Under the pieces are notes generated by a model. It was not told the origin of the DNA. It worked only from the letters and a program-made list of their open reading frames with translations, and did not search any database. A DNA stretch of 56,939 bases from positions 1 to 56,939 of the forward strand of contig JYFJ02002960.1 in NCBI GenBank assembly GCA_000934665.2. Reading direction: 5' to 3'. This document shows, piece after piece, positions 41,359 to 55,000 of this stretch (its first letter is position 1; the number at the start of each line of letters is the position of its first letter). Made by a program: the position numbers and the translations under genes. Source of the DNA: Catajapyx aquilonaris. Lineage: Eukaryota.

Positions 41359-41525
41359 TACGCAAATTCAAGTTTTTTTTACACCGTAAAAATTTTGTAA
41401 GTTAATAATATTCGCCTGGGTCAAATGCCGCCGTAGACTCCTACGTGCGAAAGGCAACCCGCAGCGAGATATTCCGCGTATCGCGTATCTCTCCCTGTCT
41501 TCTCTTTTTCTCTCCAGGTATCGCC

Positions 41526-42075
<550 letters not shown>

Positions 42076-45070
42076 GCGTTCGTTGGCAAAACAGGCCCTT
42101 GATCCAAAATGTGGGTGGTCAGCTGTCTGAACCGGTGTGAACTGATCAGCTGGTGGAGAAAATATATTAGAGTGGCTTGACAGCAGCCATTTTGATCCCA
42201 CTCTCCTACATTGCCAAGTTTCAGTAATATTCACCACTCTAAAGACACGAATCATTGTGCCATGTTGGTTGCCTTTCTCAGTCAGGATAACTTTGAACAG
42301 GTCCTTTGGCTACACTCCTAATTTCCCAATAGTATTTCGCCAATCCCCAACAGTTTCAAGTGCTGTACACACCTCATCCGTTCCACTTCTTAATCAGGTC
42401 CTAATTAAATATAACTTACGAATGATAGTAAATCGGCTGATATTTCGACTCACCCCGCACAGTATAGCGCGTGGTAAGTCAACTTTCAGAGCAGTTTTTG
42501 TTTCATTCAGGGGGTAGGCAGCCTCACTTTCCAGCGGCATGAATTTCCCTTTTGCCAGAAAGTTCCCCTGCTGGCAGCAATTTTTCCCTCCCCTCTCCAT
42601 CTCTCCCCACCCCCCTCCCCGAGTCATGAGGGAGCGGCCAGTTTCATGATAATGCTGCCCGCGAAACTCCAAGTGGCAGGAATTACACGATGGCTTCATT
42701 TAATTCCATTCCCTGTGAGTGGCCACCGTGACAGTACGTGGCGAATGTCGAAAGCGTTTCTCGGGGCCTTCCAACAAGGTTTCCCTGTGGGTGAGGCAAT
42801 GAACTATCATCTGCAGTACTCATGCCACTCAAACCTAGGGAACCACGGCCCTTTTGCAGGGTTTTATACGCAAGGTGAATTAGCGAGTGGTGGTCAAAAA
42901 TTGCTAGTTTCAAATATAGAATCAGACCCCGTTTGAGAAATGGGGAGGCAAATTTTGGACTGAGGAATGTTGGCTAAGAGTGCTCTTATTCAAGAAAAGG
43001 TAGGTAATTTATTGTTTTTTTTTCACCGTGCCATAATATAGAAAGTGAAGAGCCACAAACAGGTTCTTCTGAAGGTTCGTTATAATTATGTAATTATCAA
43101 AAGAGAAATAACTGAAAAAGTATACAAAGCTGCACATACCAACCTGTGACGGGTTTTTTCAGACAAAAAGTTCGTCCCTTATGTTACGGAAAATAAATTT
43201 TTAATAATGTACCCTATATAACTCTGTTTTTAAACTGGTGTGTTAAAAGTTGTTTACAAAACATACGACATGAATTATTTCTAAATCTGGCAGTAATGCC
43301 ACTGCCTTTCGGTTTAATTTCTTGCAGTACTGAACAGCGTTACTGTCCCAACTTTAATCAATCGATCGCGAAAATTCTGGACAAAGCTCCGGTACGACAC
43401 CTCTTCTTGCAATACTTATTACTTAAAATGACACCATTTCGTTGTATAAGACATCAGATGAGCAATTAGTACCATGGCCTTTGTGCTTTTTTCACTCTTA
43501 TAAGTTAGTCAGTGTTCATAAGGGAGTGTCTTTGTCTTAGGACCGTTGTGGTTGGGAGCCTTCAGTGGTTTCGGACCCGACCTTGTCATTGCGAAGGCCG
43601 GTACATCCGAACACAACTACCCACGTGACACAACCTTATGATATATTCAGTAGATGTGAAATAAAAATAACCGAGTAACTTCATGCTCTAATATTAAACG
43701 TCTAGTAATAGAGACATCCCGACGCTACGCGAGGCTGTTTTTAACCTCAAACTGTTTTAAGTCGTGAATGCTACTTGACACAGCACATCGTAGTATATTT
43801 TTGAATGTACAGTACGGGTCTACTGCGAAACTTGGGTTTGCCAGCTTCATCTCTCCTCATCAAAATTATGCGATGCTGAGCCACTACAGTAAGATGAGCC
43901 ATGAAGTTTATCCTGACTGTTCAGGACAAACCTTTCGCCTCTTCTGTACGACTGAAAGCCTTACTCCCAGGATAAACTTGCACCCACCTTAGTTTGACCC
44001 GGTTTGACCGATTCAGTGGGGAGCGTCACTGACCCTTACTTCGACATCCAGACACAAACTTCAAATTTTGCCTCAAGCTTCAAAAAATTATAATAATACA
44101 TTATTAAAAATAAGCTCACTTACATGCAATTGTGGATACACCTTTTCAGTAGAGAAACCTTTGGAGGCAGCTGTACCAGTGCGAATATCGACAGGGTGTG
44201 TGCGCTCCGGAAGGAAAGTCCCCATGTTACGGAGACGTCCCTTCTGCATCCCCTTTAATTGCCCCGGTTACGGCTTCTCCCGCCCCCCATTTTATTGGTA
44301 TCTTGAGAGCGGCCTCGGTTCACATTTGGGCACAAGTTTCGGAGAAACCGCACGTGTGGCTTCATTCCCCCCTCCCTCCCCTGTCCTCCCCACTTCCATT
44401 CCCCAACTGACTGACTAACTGGAAGGGCGTCGGTTTGGCATTTGCAACAAAACGACGACCTTGAGATTAAGCCTGCCGCAAAATCCAGGGACTAGCACTA
44501 GACCAGCACCTGTGTGCAGCACGCCAGGATGTATACAAATCCGCTTTTCGCTAGTAAACTGGGCCTTTTCAGCTCTACTATACTCACTCGCCTGCGCGGT
44601 TTTTTTTACTGGCGCAGTTTTTCACATTAATCCGGAAAATTCTCAAGGTTTTTTCTAAATAATGCCAATGAGTACAATGTTACTGGAAAAGATGCATTAT
44701 TACCAATAATATAATGAATGGCATAAATTTATAAAGTAATCGCTAGCAAATTATTTAGGAATATATCGGTATGCAGCCTGACAATGTGGTTGGGTTAGGT
44801 GTACTATAAAACTTAATACGATCATGTGATGGGAACACTGTTAATGATGAGGGTAGAGTATTCAAATGTGGGTCCCCATATCTGTAATGAACATACGGCA
44901 AGTATTTAACAGTGACTTTAGAGAATAATTTCTTGAAATAAAATATGCAATTTAATGCCACAGGCTAATGTACTGCAAACAGTCGCTTTGGGTGAATTAA
45001 TCTCCTTACTCAATATGGTTTTTGAATTTGAACTGTTCCCTCCAAGATAATTAGTAAGCATAATCATAGA

Positions 45071-45071
<1 letters not shown>

Positions 45072-45115
<44 letters not shown>

Positions 45116-45116
45116 G
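45072..45116. repeat. (TTG)15 microsatellite
   Basis: Perfect trinucleotide run. Confidence 0.95.
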
Positions 45117-45747
45117 GGGAGAGAATTAAATCCCTGGGGCGCATATATGGAAAGAATTATTATCCGTAAATCTTGGCCAGCAGTGACAAAGCATTACATC
45201 TGATTAGTCCAGATATGCATCATAAAGTTCGTATAATTGCATTAATCCCAACTGGGACTTTTCAAATACAATATTATGAGTCCTACAAGGTTCTCTCTTC
45301 TGTAGTTCAACTTAGAAATTTAAAAATTAACCACAGCTTCTTATGCTTCCAGGAAGACTTGCACAGATAATGAACTAATACACAGTAAAAAATTTACATT
45401 TGAACAAATACTAAATCGGAAACTCCTGCTTCTATAGGTAACTTATATAACTTAGTCATAAAATCCAGCAATGCTAATTACAACAAATTATGTACAATTA
45501 TGTACAATTCCGGATATTGTGCTAAATATATTAACCTCGTCCAGCCTATATGCGCATATATGGTGATAATTATGTTATGAGTATAACTTATGTGTTTATT
45601 CTGGGTTTTCCGATATGTTCGTTTTAATGATTTATTACATACATACTAAATGTGTCATTTTACCTCTTGATTTGGATTAACTTGGGTCTTCGTCTTCAAC
45701 GCCGACTACCTTTTATAAGTGAAATATAGTATGTATGAATGTATGTA

Positions 45748-45830
45748 CTATATGGCTCAAAATGATGGAGACGATTTTGCATTGAAGCAAAATGCAAAAA
45801 TGTAGCTATCCGTCATTTTGAGTGATATAG
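45748..45830. mobile_element. Tiny TA-flanked palindromic MITE-like element, 83 bp
   Basis: CTATATGGCTCAAAATGATGGA versus the right-end reverse complement CTATATCACTCAAAATGACGGA, inner TTTTGCATT/AATGCAAAA pairing, and TA flanks. Confidence 0.65.
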
Positions 45831-48800
45831 TACCTGCATAAATATGTTTAAGGCGATTATCCACCTGGAATATGTATCACAAATTAGAGAAGTAGAGAAG
45901 GAATATTCGTATTTCAGTTAAGTAGATGGTCCAGCTGGCTGCGGTACAAACAATCCTATTGTCCACGCTCTAAGTCAGAGAACGCCGGGTTCAATCCGTA
46001 CAAAGTCTCCGCTAATTCGGGAGGACAAGCCCTTTCTCAATTATGGCTGCAAGACTCCCAGAACTCTTTCTCTTTGTTTGAATCAGGAGGCATGACTGGC
46101 ACAAATTGCACAACTCTTTCTAAAGGCAGGTCCTCCAATTTTCCTGTCTGCCAGACAATGGAAGAGCTTCAAAATTATATACGATCAAAAAAGGCAAGGA
46201 GCTAGCTGGGGGGAAGGATTGCTATTTTATTTATCGCTCCAGATTCAAGAGAACCCAAAGATTTCCCTTCTCCCAGCTCTCATGCAATATTTAAGCGTGG
46301 GCAAAATTCTCTCCGCCGGATCTGATGAGAGATTTCTCAGAATAAAATATGAGTCCGCATCGATCACTTGCGACCATGCGGTATATACCTTCTGGGGATA
46401 AGATTAATAAGTTGGGGGAGGGCTTTAACTTTATAGGATGTAGCCAAAATATTTGGAAAGGAAAAACTTCAGGTACCGAAGGTTGGCCTGAAATTGAACA
46501 ACAACCGCATAGGACTCCGCAAAGTTCGGGCTCGAGCCTGTCGGCCATATTAAATCACGAATAGCTTTCCAATATTTTACCTCAAGTTCCCCTGAATATA
46601 CCACACACCTTCTTAGTCTGTGTTTCATAGTCAATCAATTGCCAGCCGCGACATGAATACACTGCTGGTTATCGTAACCTACGTTATAACCCAAAAAACC
46701 AAGTGGGGGGTGGGGATGGGTTGGTCTTTCCACAAGTAACGCCATTTCACGTGCAACACCCCCGCCTCCCTACCTCGTCCCTTGCTTCAATAATTCATGT
46801 AGCTGTCTGCAGCGCCAATGATAAGCCTGTAGGGAAATGTCACACGGTTCGCTTAACTATCAGTGCCGCTGTAGGCTATCGTAGTATCAGCCAGGCCCAT
46901 ATGGACCCCCAAAAAGGTGGTGGAGGCTTCGTCACGGCCGCTTTGGGCCGGCTCACACTAGGAAATTGAAGCGACAAGGTATTGTCGAGATACCATTGTT
47001 GGTGGGCCCAGACTCGGGCTACACACACGCCAAATGCAATCAAATCTAGCTGCAACCTCCTTGTAGCAAGCTGCAAAGATGGTGGGCTGGGGAGGACGAT
47101 GGTAGGGGTGGGAAGGCTAATTGAGTTAATTCGGGCCGCCCCGCTATGTCTCCCGTGCGAAATAAATAAATTAGGATCCAAGCTCCGAGTGGCTTCCCTA
47201 AGGAGTGTGTCCTTTCTTCTTAATGAGGCTTAGAAACGGCTCGCCGCCTAAAAGCATATCAATTACTTTTTCCACGCTCGCTCTTCTCTATCTCCTTTAC
47301 TAAGGGCTATTTAGGTGCTTTACTACACTTTTAACGTGCTCGAGTGAAAATGAAGCAGGCCGGGGTGAAGATAAATGAATGCTGCCGAGATAAGCTTGCT
47401 AGGGCCTCCTCTCTCCAATCTTCTTTTTTTTCTCCCCAACACTCGGAGACAATATCATTTTAGGTTCCAACATGCATGGGTGGCAAAGTAGGGCTGGGGC
47501 AGTTGGAACCCTAATCTGGGCCTTCCCACATGCAGAAAAGTGGTGCCTACCAATAATACAAAGGGTGTTCTCAGGCACGGACCAATAGAAAGCAACTCAC
47601 CTACATATGACGCGACACCTGGCTACATCCACTGAACTAAAGGATGATGGGAGTGCAGCAAGAATTTATGTCTGACTGTGCCTCTACTTCTCTTGAAGGA
47701 GGATAAATGTGATCTTTCTCGTTGAAATAGTGCAGTTTGTTCACGATTACAGGGATTAATATTTCATGCTGAAAGAGACACTTGTAGACCTCAAGATGAA
47801 TCTGGAGTTTGGGAATAACCAGCCCAAGCTTGATTATGATTTATCTCGTATCACTGAGTAAAAGAAGCTTCTTTGTCAAGAAAAAAGCATAAATATTTAA
47901 AACTAAAATGCAAGTTGGGCACAAAAACAACTGTTGAAATCATACCATTCCTGGCTGGCAGGGCTACGCATTTACCAAAATCCTGCGCTTCATTCAATCG
48001 ATTTAATTAACAAGGCAGGGACAAACAAATTTATTCGCACAGAAACTTGCACAACAAAGAGGGAAAGTTTCATACTAGTTTGACAATGAAGCGCTCGACG
48101 AAATCGTAGCGACGACATGAACGAATTGTTGCACCATGGAAAACCAATGTTCCATGCTTTGGTCTTCTTCTCCAATAGGACATTGTTCTCTCTACTTGTC
48201 ATTAAACCCGTACAGTTCTAGATATTAAGCGGTGTTAACGATTAAGCCTCGGAAGCGGCATCGGGCAGTGAAGTGACGCTTTGGAAGTGCTTTTTCTGGT
48301 TGTTTCGGATAACAAAAAAAACACATTCGATTGAGCTATCGCCATTAGGGTCGCTAACCCGTCCTAGGTAGCACGCACGAATAATTATTATATTACTATT
48401 GGGAGAGGTAAAAATTCAGTCTGCATGATAGTGTGTTTGAATAATCAATTCGGATCTGTACAGGTGGAAATTTTGTGTACGTTTGCCTGTTTACAGAGAG
48501 CCTGTTCTTACCACGAAAAGTTTTCGTACTGAACAAATCTGTTATATACGACTAACATACACACTAGAATAAGAATCCTCCGCTTGAACGTAACCAAAGT
48601 TTCCGTTGAATCCAGGTCCATTATGAAAACGTTTCGCAGTATACAAAGTTGAAAATCCCATTAATGGGACTCACCAACGGTATGCCGCACTGGAGGGTAG
48701 GGCTATACCGAAGCTAGTGTCCGCAATATTTCTGTACAAATACGGATCTGAGCTGACTTTTGAATGTACGGTATACACCGTATAATTTTAATGAGGACGT

Positions 48801-51748
48801 ACCCCTACGAGCTTGCTTACATTGCAACACCGCACTTTTCTGGTCATGTTTTTTTTTTCATTTAAAAAAGTAACGAAGAAGGATGCTTAAACTTTAAGGT
48901 GCTGACATTATTAACTTATTTGTGAAACCAACTGAATAAAAGAGCAAAGGCTATGTTTTCGTATGCAAATGCCTTGCTTTCTTTGCCCCCACATAAAGGT
49001 CTCATACATTCTGAATCCAACAAGGGAATCCGATTTGGACAAAATGTATTTGTCTCTTACCTTTGTGGGCCACAAAAAGGAAACGAAAGTAGCTAGGGGT
49101 GGGCTGAGGGGGTGGGAGAAACAGGCGAGAAAATACGCGGGGCTTAAGGCGTCTTTACTAACACTCAGCAGGGTAATTTTGCGATCCTAATTAACGGAAA
49201 GCCATAGCTGTGGGAGATTATTTAGTCTTAGTACCAGCCTAAGCCCTGTGGATTCAATATACTGCAGAGCATGTATTGTGCCACAAGAAATGAACAGCTT
49301 CAAGCATTAAGTCTAATAGATAAATCATATTAAATATTACAGTTGCCTCTAGCGGTCAAGTCGCCTAATTATCGAATTTTTAGTATGTTCCCCGCAATTT
49401 CGGTTATAAACTCCAAAAGGTTACGGACTACCCTGTATTCATTGACTCCGGTTGAAGTCAGGCGATCGAAATTCCTTTAGGTACCGTACCTAGGCCTATG
49501 ACACTATTATGCGACAGCCGAGACGCTGGCTCCCGATTTCCCTATCAAATCAGTGATTTGTCCTTATGAACGGCGGTGAAGCCAGGACTTTTCGTTCAAA
49601 GTGGTGGTGGAGGGAAGGAGGGGAAGATAGGAGGCTTTACAGTCTCCTAACAGTCATCCATTCTGTCATGGCCATTTGTTTTCAGAACGGTACATTCAAG
49701 ACTTGCATTCCAAAGTGAGCCAGAAGGAAGAGAAGGGATGACTGGGGGAATGCCCGCCAGTGCAGAAAAAGTCTTCATTTTTCACCAGATATTTTGTCCA
49801 CACTACGACCACATGCTATCTACTGGCATAGTTGGAGGGAAATGCAATGCAATGCAATCCCTGCCTCTGGCTCTGGATCAAAATGATTCATGGTGGAATC
49901 GCAAGGTCAATGATGAGATAATGATGTGCTCGTAGATTCGATCAAGCGCTTGCTAGTAATTGTCTACCACCTAATAATTACGCTGAGCACACACTAAAGC
50001 ACCGTTGGTTGATTAATACAGTGTTGAATTAATTAATTAATTTCTCAATGCCACTTGTCAATAGTTTACCTATAGCACATATGTTTCCGATTCAATGGTC
50101 GGTGTTGTGTTCTCTGGGTCGGGTTCGCCAGGTTGCTGTTGGTCTAAAACACGGTGTCTCTACAGGTCATTATTTTTGAGGCCGACTGCGTTGCTGAAGC
50201 TATTTTGATAATGGTTATTGAGTTCAATTAAACATGGCGCCCATTCCGGCCACATTTTGTAGTTTAGTATTTAATGTTTGTCGGTGGTCACGGACTGACG
50301 TATGTACATGGTACAATGTGATCTATTCCAGTATCAATTAAAGTATCAAACCATGGAATTTTATTAGACAAGGTTCACTCAGGTGAGAGTGAGTCAACTG
50401 GATGCATACATAGTTATATGCGTAAGCCCGGGTAAAAATGTTCAAAAAATTGGATCGTCTCTTCTACCAGTGTTCCATTTGGTTCATATCCGTGTGGTAG
50501 GGGAGCCAGAAGATATTTCCTAAGGGACCTCCAGGCAGACCTTATCTGGTCCAGCAGCCATATGGATGGCTGATACGCAGTGACATAAGGGATAGAGGAA
50601 AGAAGCCGAACGAAAAAGATGCAATGATGGCTTGTATGCATGGTTAAAAGGCCACTGAGGCACCTGTCCCACTTCTGGACCATACCTCTGATACCAAGAA
50701 GTAGTTTTCCCTCATATTATTTTTTATCTAGACTGATTCATAACCATGTCTGCATACAGTTGACTGGTTTACTTTCCTCTGAGTGAACCATGCAATTTTA
50801 GAAAATTACGCTATATGTGCTATGCACTATATTCCATCCTGCAGCTACAATATACGGTGCTTCAATTATTCAAGACTCCAGATGTATGATCCAATATGCA
50901 ATATATTTCAGACCTTGGATTTAAGAGGAATCAATAACGTGCCATTACGTACAGTCAAAATGTCCAGAAAAATTGTTCTCAACTTTGATGATCTCGACAC
51001 ATCTTACGTGCAACTCTCAATTTCACTGCAAACACCAATGATAATATTGCCGATTTGGTCGCGAGTTCAACTGCGCATTATCTGCGGAATTGAAAAGCGA
51101 AAAGTGAATATTTCATACGTTCCTGCTATATCAGTAAATTTCTCATTTACCATTAAATATGAAAGCATTCAGAACTATCGACGATCTGTTTGCTACAATG
51201 CATGTCGCTGTCTGAATATTTCAGAGGCAAATGGGGTCATGGTCATGGAAATAGAAAATGCTCACTTCTATACTCTTATTCATTTTAGTGCAGTATAAAA
51301 TTCTGATCATAATAGCACAGAATGATGATAATGTGTTTTCAATAAGTATGGTGTGTATCAGTAATAGTGCATAAAACGCACACCTACATAATAGGTGACT
51401 TCAAAACTCATCATCTCATATTAAATCTGCTAACTCCACCACAACAAGCCATAATGCCTCAGGCAAACAAAGTAAGTGAATAATAGCAACCTGCTTAAAT
51501 TTACGCCCTAAATAATGATGCAAGAAGACGGTAACAGACATGCTACCTTTAAACAATAATTAACTTAACTTCTAGCCTGGTCAGTAGTTTCACGCCTGGG
51601 AGGAAGCGAGACTGTTTCGCCAAAAGTTGGGCTCTCCCAAACCCGTAACTTCGTAACTGCTGGAGCTTTGAATCCATGCAGCTAGTTAGCTACTTGTGCT
51701 CAATTCCAAGTGAACACCAGGACCCAAGAATTGATAGGATTGACTGAC

Positions 51749-52057
51749 CTTTCTCGGTGGTAAGCTGCTTTTCTGGAAGCCTGAGGGTGAAGACCTGGAC
51801 GACGACGCTCTCTCCGCGTCCCTTGGCGTTAAATGCGTAGGCATAGGCCAGGAAGCCCATCCCGGCTTCCAGACCGTTGACACTGAATCGAGGCACGCTG
51901 CTGGTAATGTTGGCTTTGAGCTGATGAGTCTGAGACTCGTACACTTCCAGTCCGAAGGATTGTGGTAGACCGCCGTTGAAACCTTCCGAACAGTGCAGAT
52001 GGAAGGATTCGACGGATTGGTTGACCACGGTGCAATTGTGGACTGGGTCGGGTCTGC
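51749..52057 (-). CDS. Coding exon: membrane-proximal fibronectin type III domain of Sidestep/nephrin-like protein
   Basis: Acceptor ttttgggcgcttgcag| and donor AAAG|gtcagt; 309 bp, phase 1-1. Translates GRPDPVHNCTVVNQSVESFHLHCSEGFNGGLPQSFGLEVY...FSVNGLEAGMGFLAYAYAFNAKGRGESVVVQVFTLRLPEKQLTTEK. It has the FN3 signatures CxEGFNGGLPQxF and YAxNxKGR and N-glycosylation sequons NCT, NQS and NIT. Confidence 0.95.
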
Positions 52058-55000
52058 CTGCAAGCGCCCAAAACTTGGAATTAGCAGGGTAGAGGTGGGG
52101 TATGGGGAAAGAAGCTGATTTACATTTTGAAATAGGTGGTGGAAATGGTGGCTTAGATAAGTAGAAAAGCCGTACAGTTGCCCATTCTTGTGGGCACAAA
52201 CTCGGAAGCCGTGTTGAGGCTTGATGTTATACAGTGTGGCACATAGGAAGCGTGGATGCGGCCAAGGTGCTAGTGTTTGACGTCACTTGTTTATTCGGTG
52301 GATGCGCACTTTCTACCCTTTCAACTAACGGTGTTCTATGCCAACAGCGCATATAGAGAGCATCGCACTGTATTCGAGTGGACATGAGGCCAGCCATGCA
52401 TGTCATCCGACAATAACCGCCTGCAGGAAGATGCGGTTCAATACCGCGTGCGATTTCCATAATCAGACAATAACATTACGGAGGATACTTTGATCATCAC
52501 CTTTGAGTGTTTGACCCACCAGACATTAGTTTTTAATTTCCTATATGCTTCCAAACAAGGCCATGCGAAAGCACAGTTACTCTATCACTTGAAACAATAG
52601 TAATCACCGCTGGCTGTGGGATATGGTTGTTCATATTGAGTCAACACGGGACGTGAGAACATAAAAAGAAGCGCTTGTGGATCTGAATATTGGTCGTTTA
52701 TAAGCTACTGTATACCACATTCTCTGGTTCAATACAAAGCCAGGTTGATCCGGTCCCATTACCATTATCTGAGTACAATAATATTGTCGACTCAAATTTT
52801 AATTTGTAACGCTCTTAGGTTTTTTAATTGGAGGTACTATCCAGAGATGGGGAAGCTCGTTGAATACCAGCGGAGCATATTAAAATTTACAGTCGGGTTT
52901 ATATACCAGATATCAAAATTTTACCGCCGTATTTTGAGGCGTTAGAGCAGCTTCCCATCGCGTCATTCCATTAGCTGGACTGGCAATTGTTTTCTATCGA
53001 GTTAAAAGGTCCAGTGGATTAGCACAGCTCCTATTTAATTCTCACGTGAAAATCGCAGGTCATGCGTGCAAATCCAGTTTCACGGAACTAATCTTGGGAT
53101 CAACGGCGATTGTCGTCAATGCGTATTCAGCACAGTAGAGTAGGCCCTCTCTGGCTGACCGTAAAACACCTTCGGAAGTAGCACAAGCAAACGTTTCTAC
53201 TAGTTCCCCTGGATTTCCCAAGAGATTAAGCTGAAACATTTACTTGGCCAAGCTCCACTTTTTATGAGTCGAGTTGAAATCCCCCGGTGCACACAATACG
53301 GTACTAAAGTGTCCGAGGGAGAGAAGGAAAAAAATTTGGTGTGCAATACCCCTTGCTTTCTAGCCTCTCATCACGCTTTACACAATAAACAATGTCTGGA
53401 TTGGAGCACAGTAGACTATTGCCTCTTGTTCACACAACTCTCGACGACAATTTTCACCTACTTCAGCAGGAGAAGGGCTTCTAGCTTCCATATTTTATGC
53501 ACACTAGTCCAAACAGCCTTTCGACATTTTGTTCTGGGTAGGCAGATCATATGGTGACAATTAAGACGTCGCATTTCTTGTAATCATGCGAATTAAAATC
53601 TTGAAAATTAAAACTCAAATTTTTAGGTACACATGTATACACTGCCTTACGTACAGTACATGAATACTGATGTATTTTCGTACATATAAATTTGAAAATA
53701 GAACAGAAAAATTCATACCACTTGCAAGTGGCATCCCCTAGATATGGCAATGTTTGATGTTCAGTATGGGAAAAGTGTGCGCAAATTCGGAATCTAATTC
53801 TCATAGTGGGCTATATACCTTCATAGCCTCCTTCTCATACAGCCTTTTGAAATGCACTCTGCACATTACTGTATACTTAAGTTGTGCGATTGTAACACTG
53901 TAAGGCCTTATAAGACTGCTCCATTTATTCAAGATTCTATGAATACAGTATACTAAATAAAAAGCATTTCTGAGCACACACACTGCATTGAGCCTTGTGA
54001 ATCAGCTCACATCCACCGTATTCTGTGATTGCCATCCCCTGCTGAAACCCAAACGCGATTAGAGGATCACAAAGACACGAAGTTGTAATGTCATGCACAT
54101 GATAATTTCCCTGGTGTCTTGAGTGCTCAGGATGTGACTGTATCGCAAGTATTCCTGTCGAAACCTACACTATGCTTTATAATAATTACATTACATTATT
54201 TACTTGATAATGTATTATCAAATTACATGATTGTGTACCAAGACGGGGAAAACTTCACAGTTCATTTAACTCATTAACTTTTGGACGAAGGTATACTAGT
54301 TACGTGGGGGGGGGGGGNGGGGATCCACATAAGGTAGGGTGAGAGATAAGCACTTTTTTACGACATTAACCGTTGACCTAGTTAAGAAATATGTGAAAGG
54401 TGGCCATCTTCCCATCCCTCACCATATATACCAAAATACTAGCTCATAAATAGGCCATTACCCGGGGAGCTCTACACGCCATCTCTGGGTTGTTTCCCAA
54501 CTTTATATGCTTCATTCGCTCTGACCAACTACCACCACAGTATGACGTCACCAGCCACAACTGCATAACAAACCTATAAGTTCGTTAGTAAGAACCTGAT
54601 TCCCACCACTTCTGTGCACTTCACTGACACAGTTGACGATACAAAGTACTCCAATGTCCGCGCTCTAAAACCAGCTTGAAAACCGATGGATACATAAATA
54701 ACTCAGTTAACGAGTGCCGGGCTATCTGAGCACGAATAATTATCTATGACAATTATTTTCGAAGCAGCTGGAAACTGGATAAACCGGTTGTTTAAGTGCA
54801 CTTTTACGTGGAGGCTCGTAACATTTGTCGGGTTTTACGCCGCAACATCGGCAAACAATTTCAACAGACGCTACGACGATTTCCGGGGCCGAATCCTGCC
54901 AGCGATAAAATTGCGTGGAAAAATCCTACAAGAGGTCCATTACTGCCAAAAATGTCCAGCCTACCCTGTCACCTGAACTCACAAAAAAATACTTTACGAT

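Noticed and set aside
41495..41522. Strong plus-strand acceptor-like tract tcttctctttttctctccag|gt
   Set aside because: It is antisense to the only supported gene, and no plus-strand exons were found.
50783..51298. 171-aa plus-strand ORF
   Set aside because: AT-rich, antisense in an intron and without any recognisable motif.
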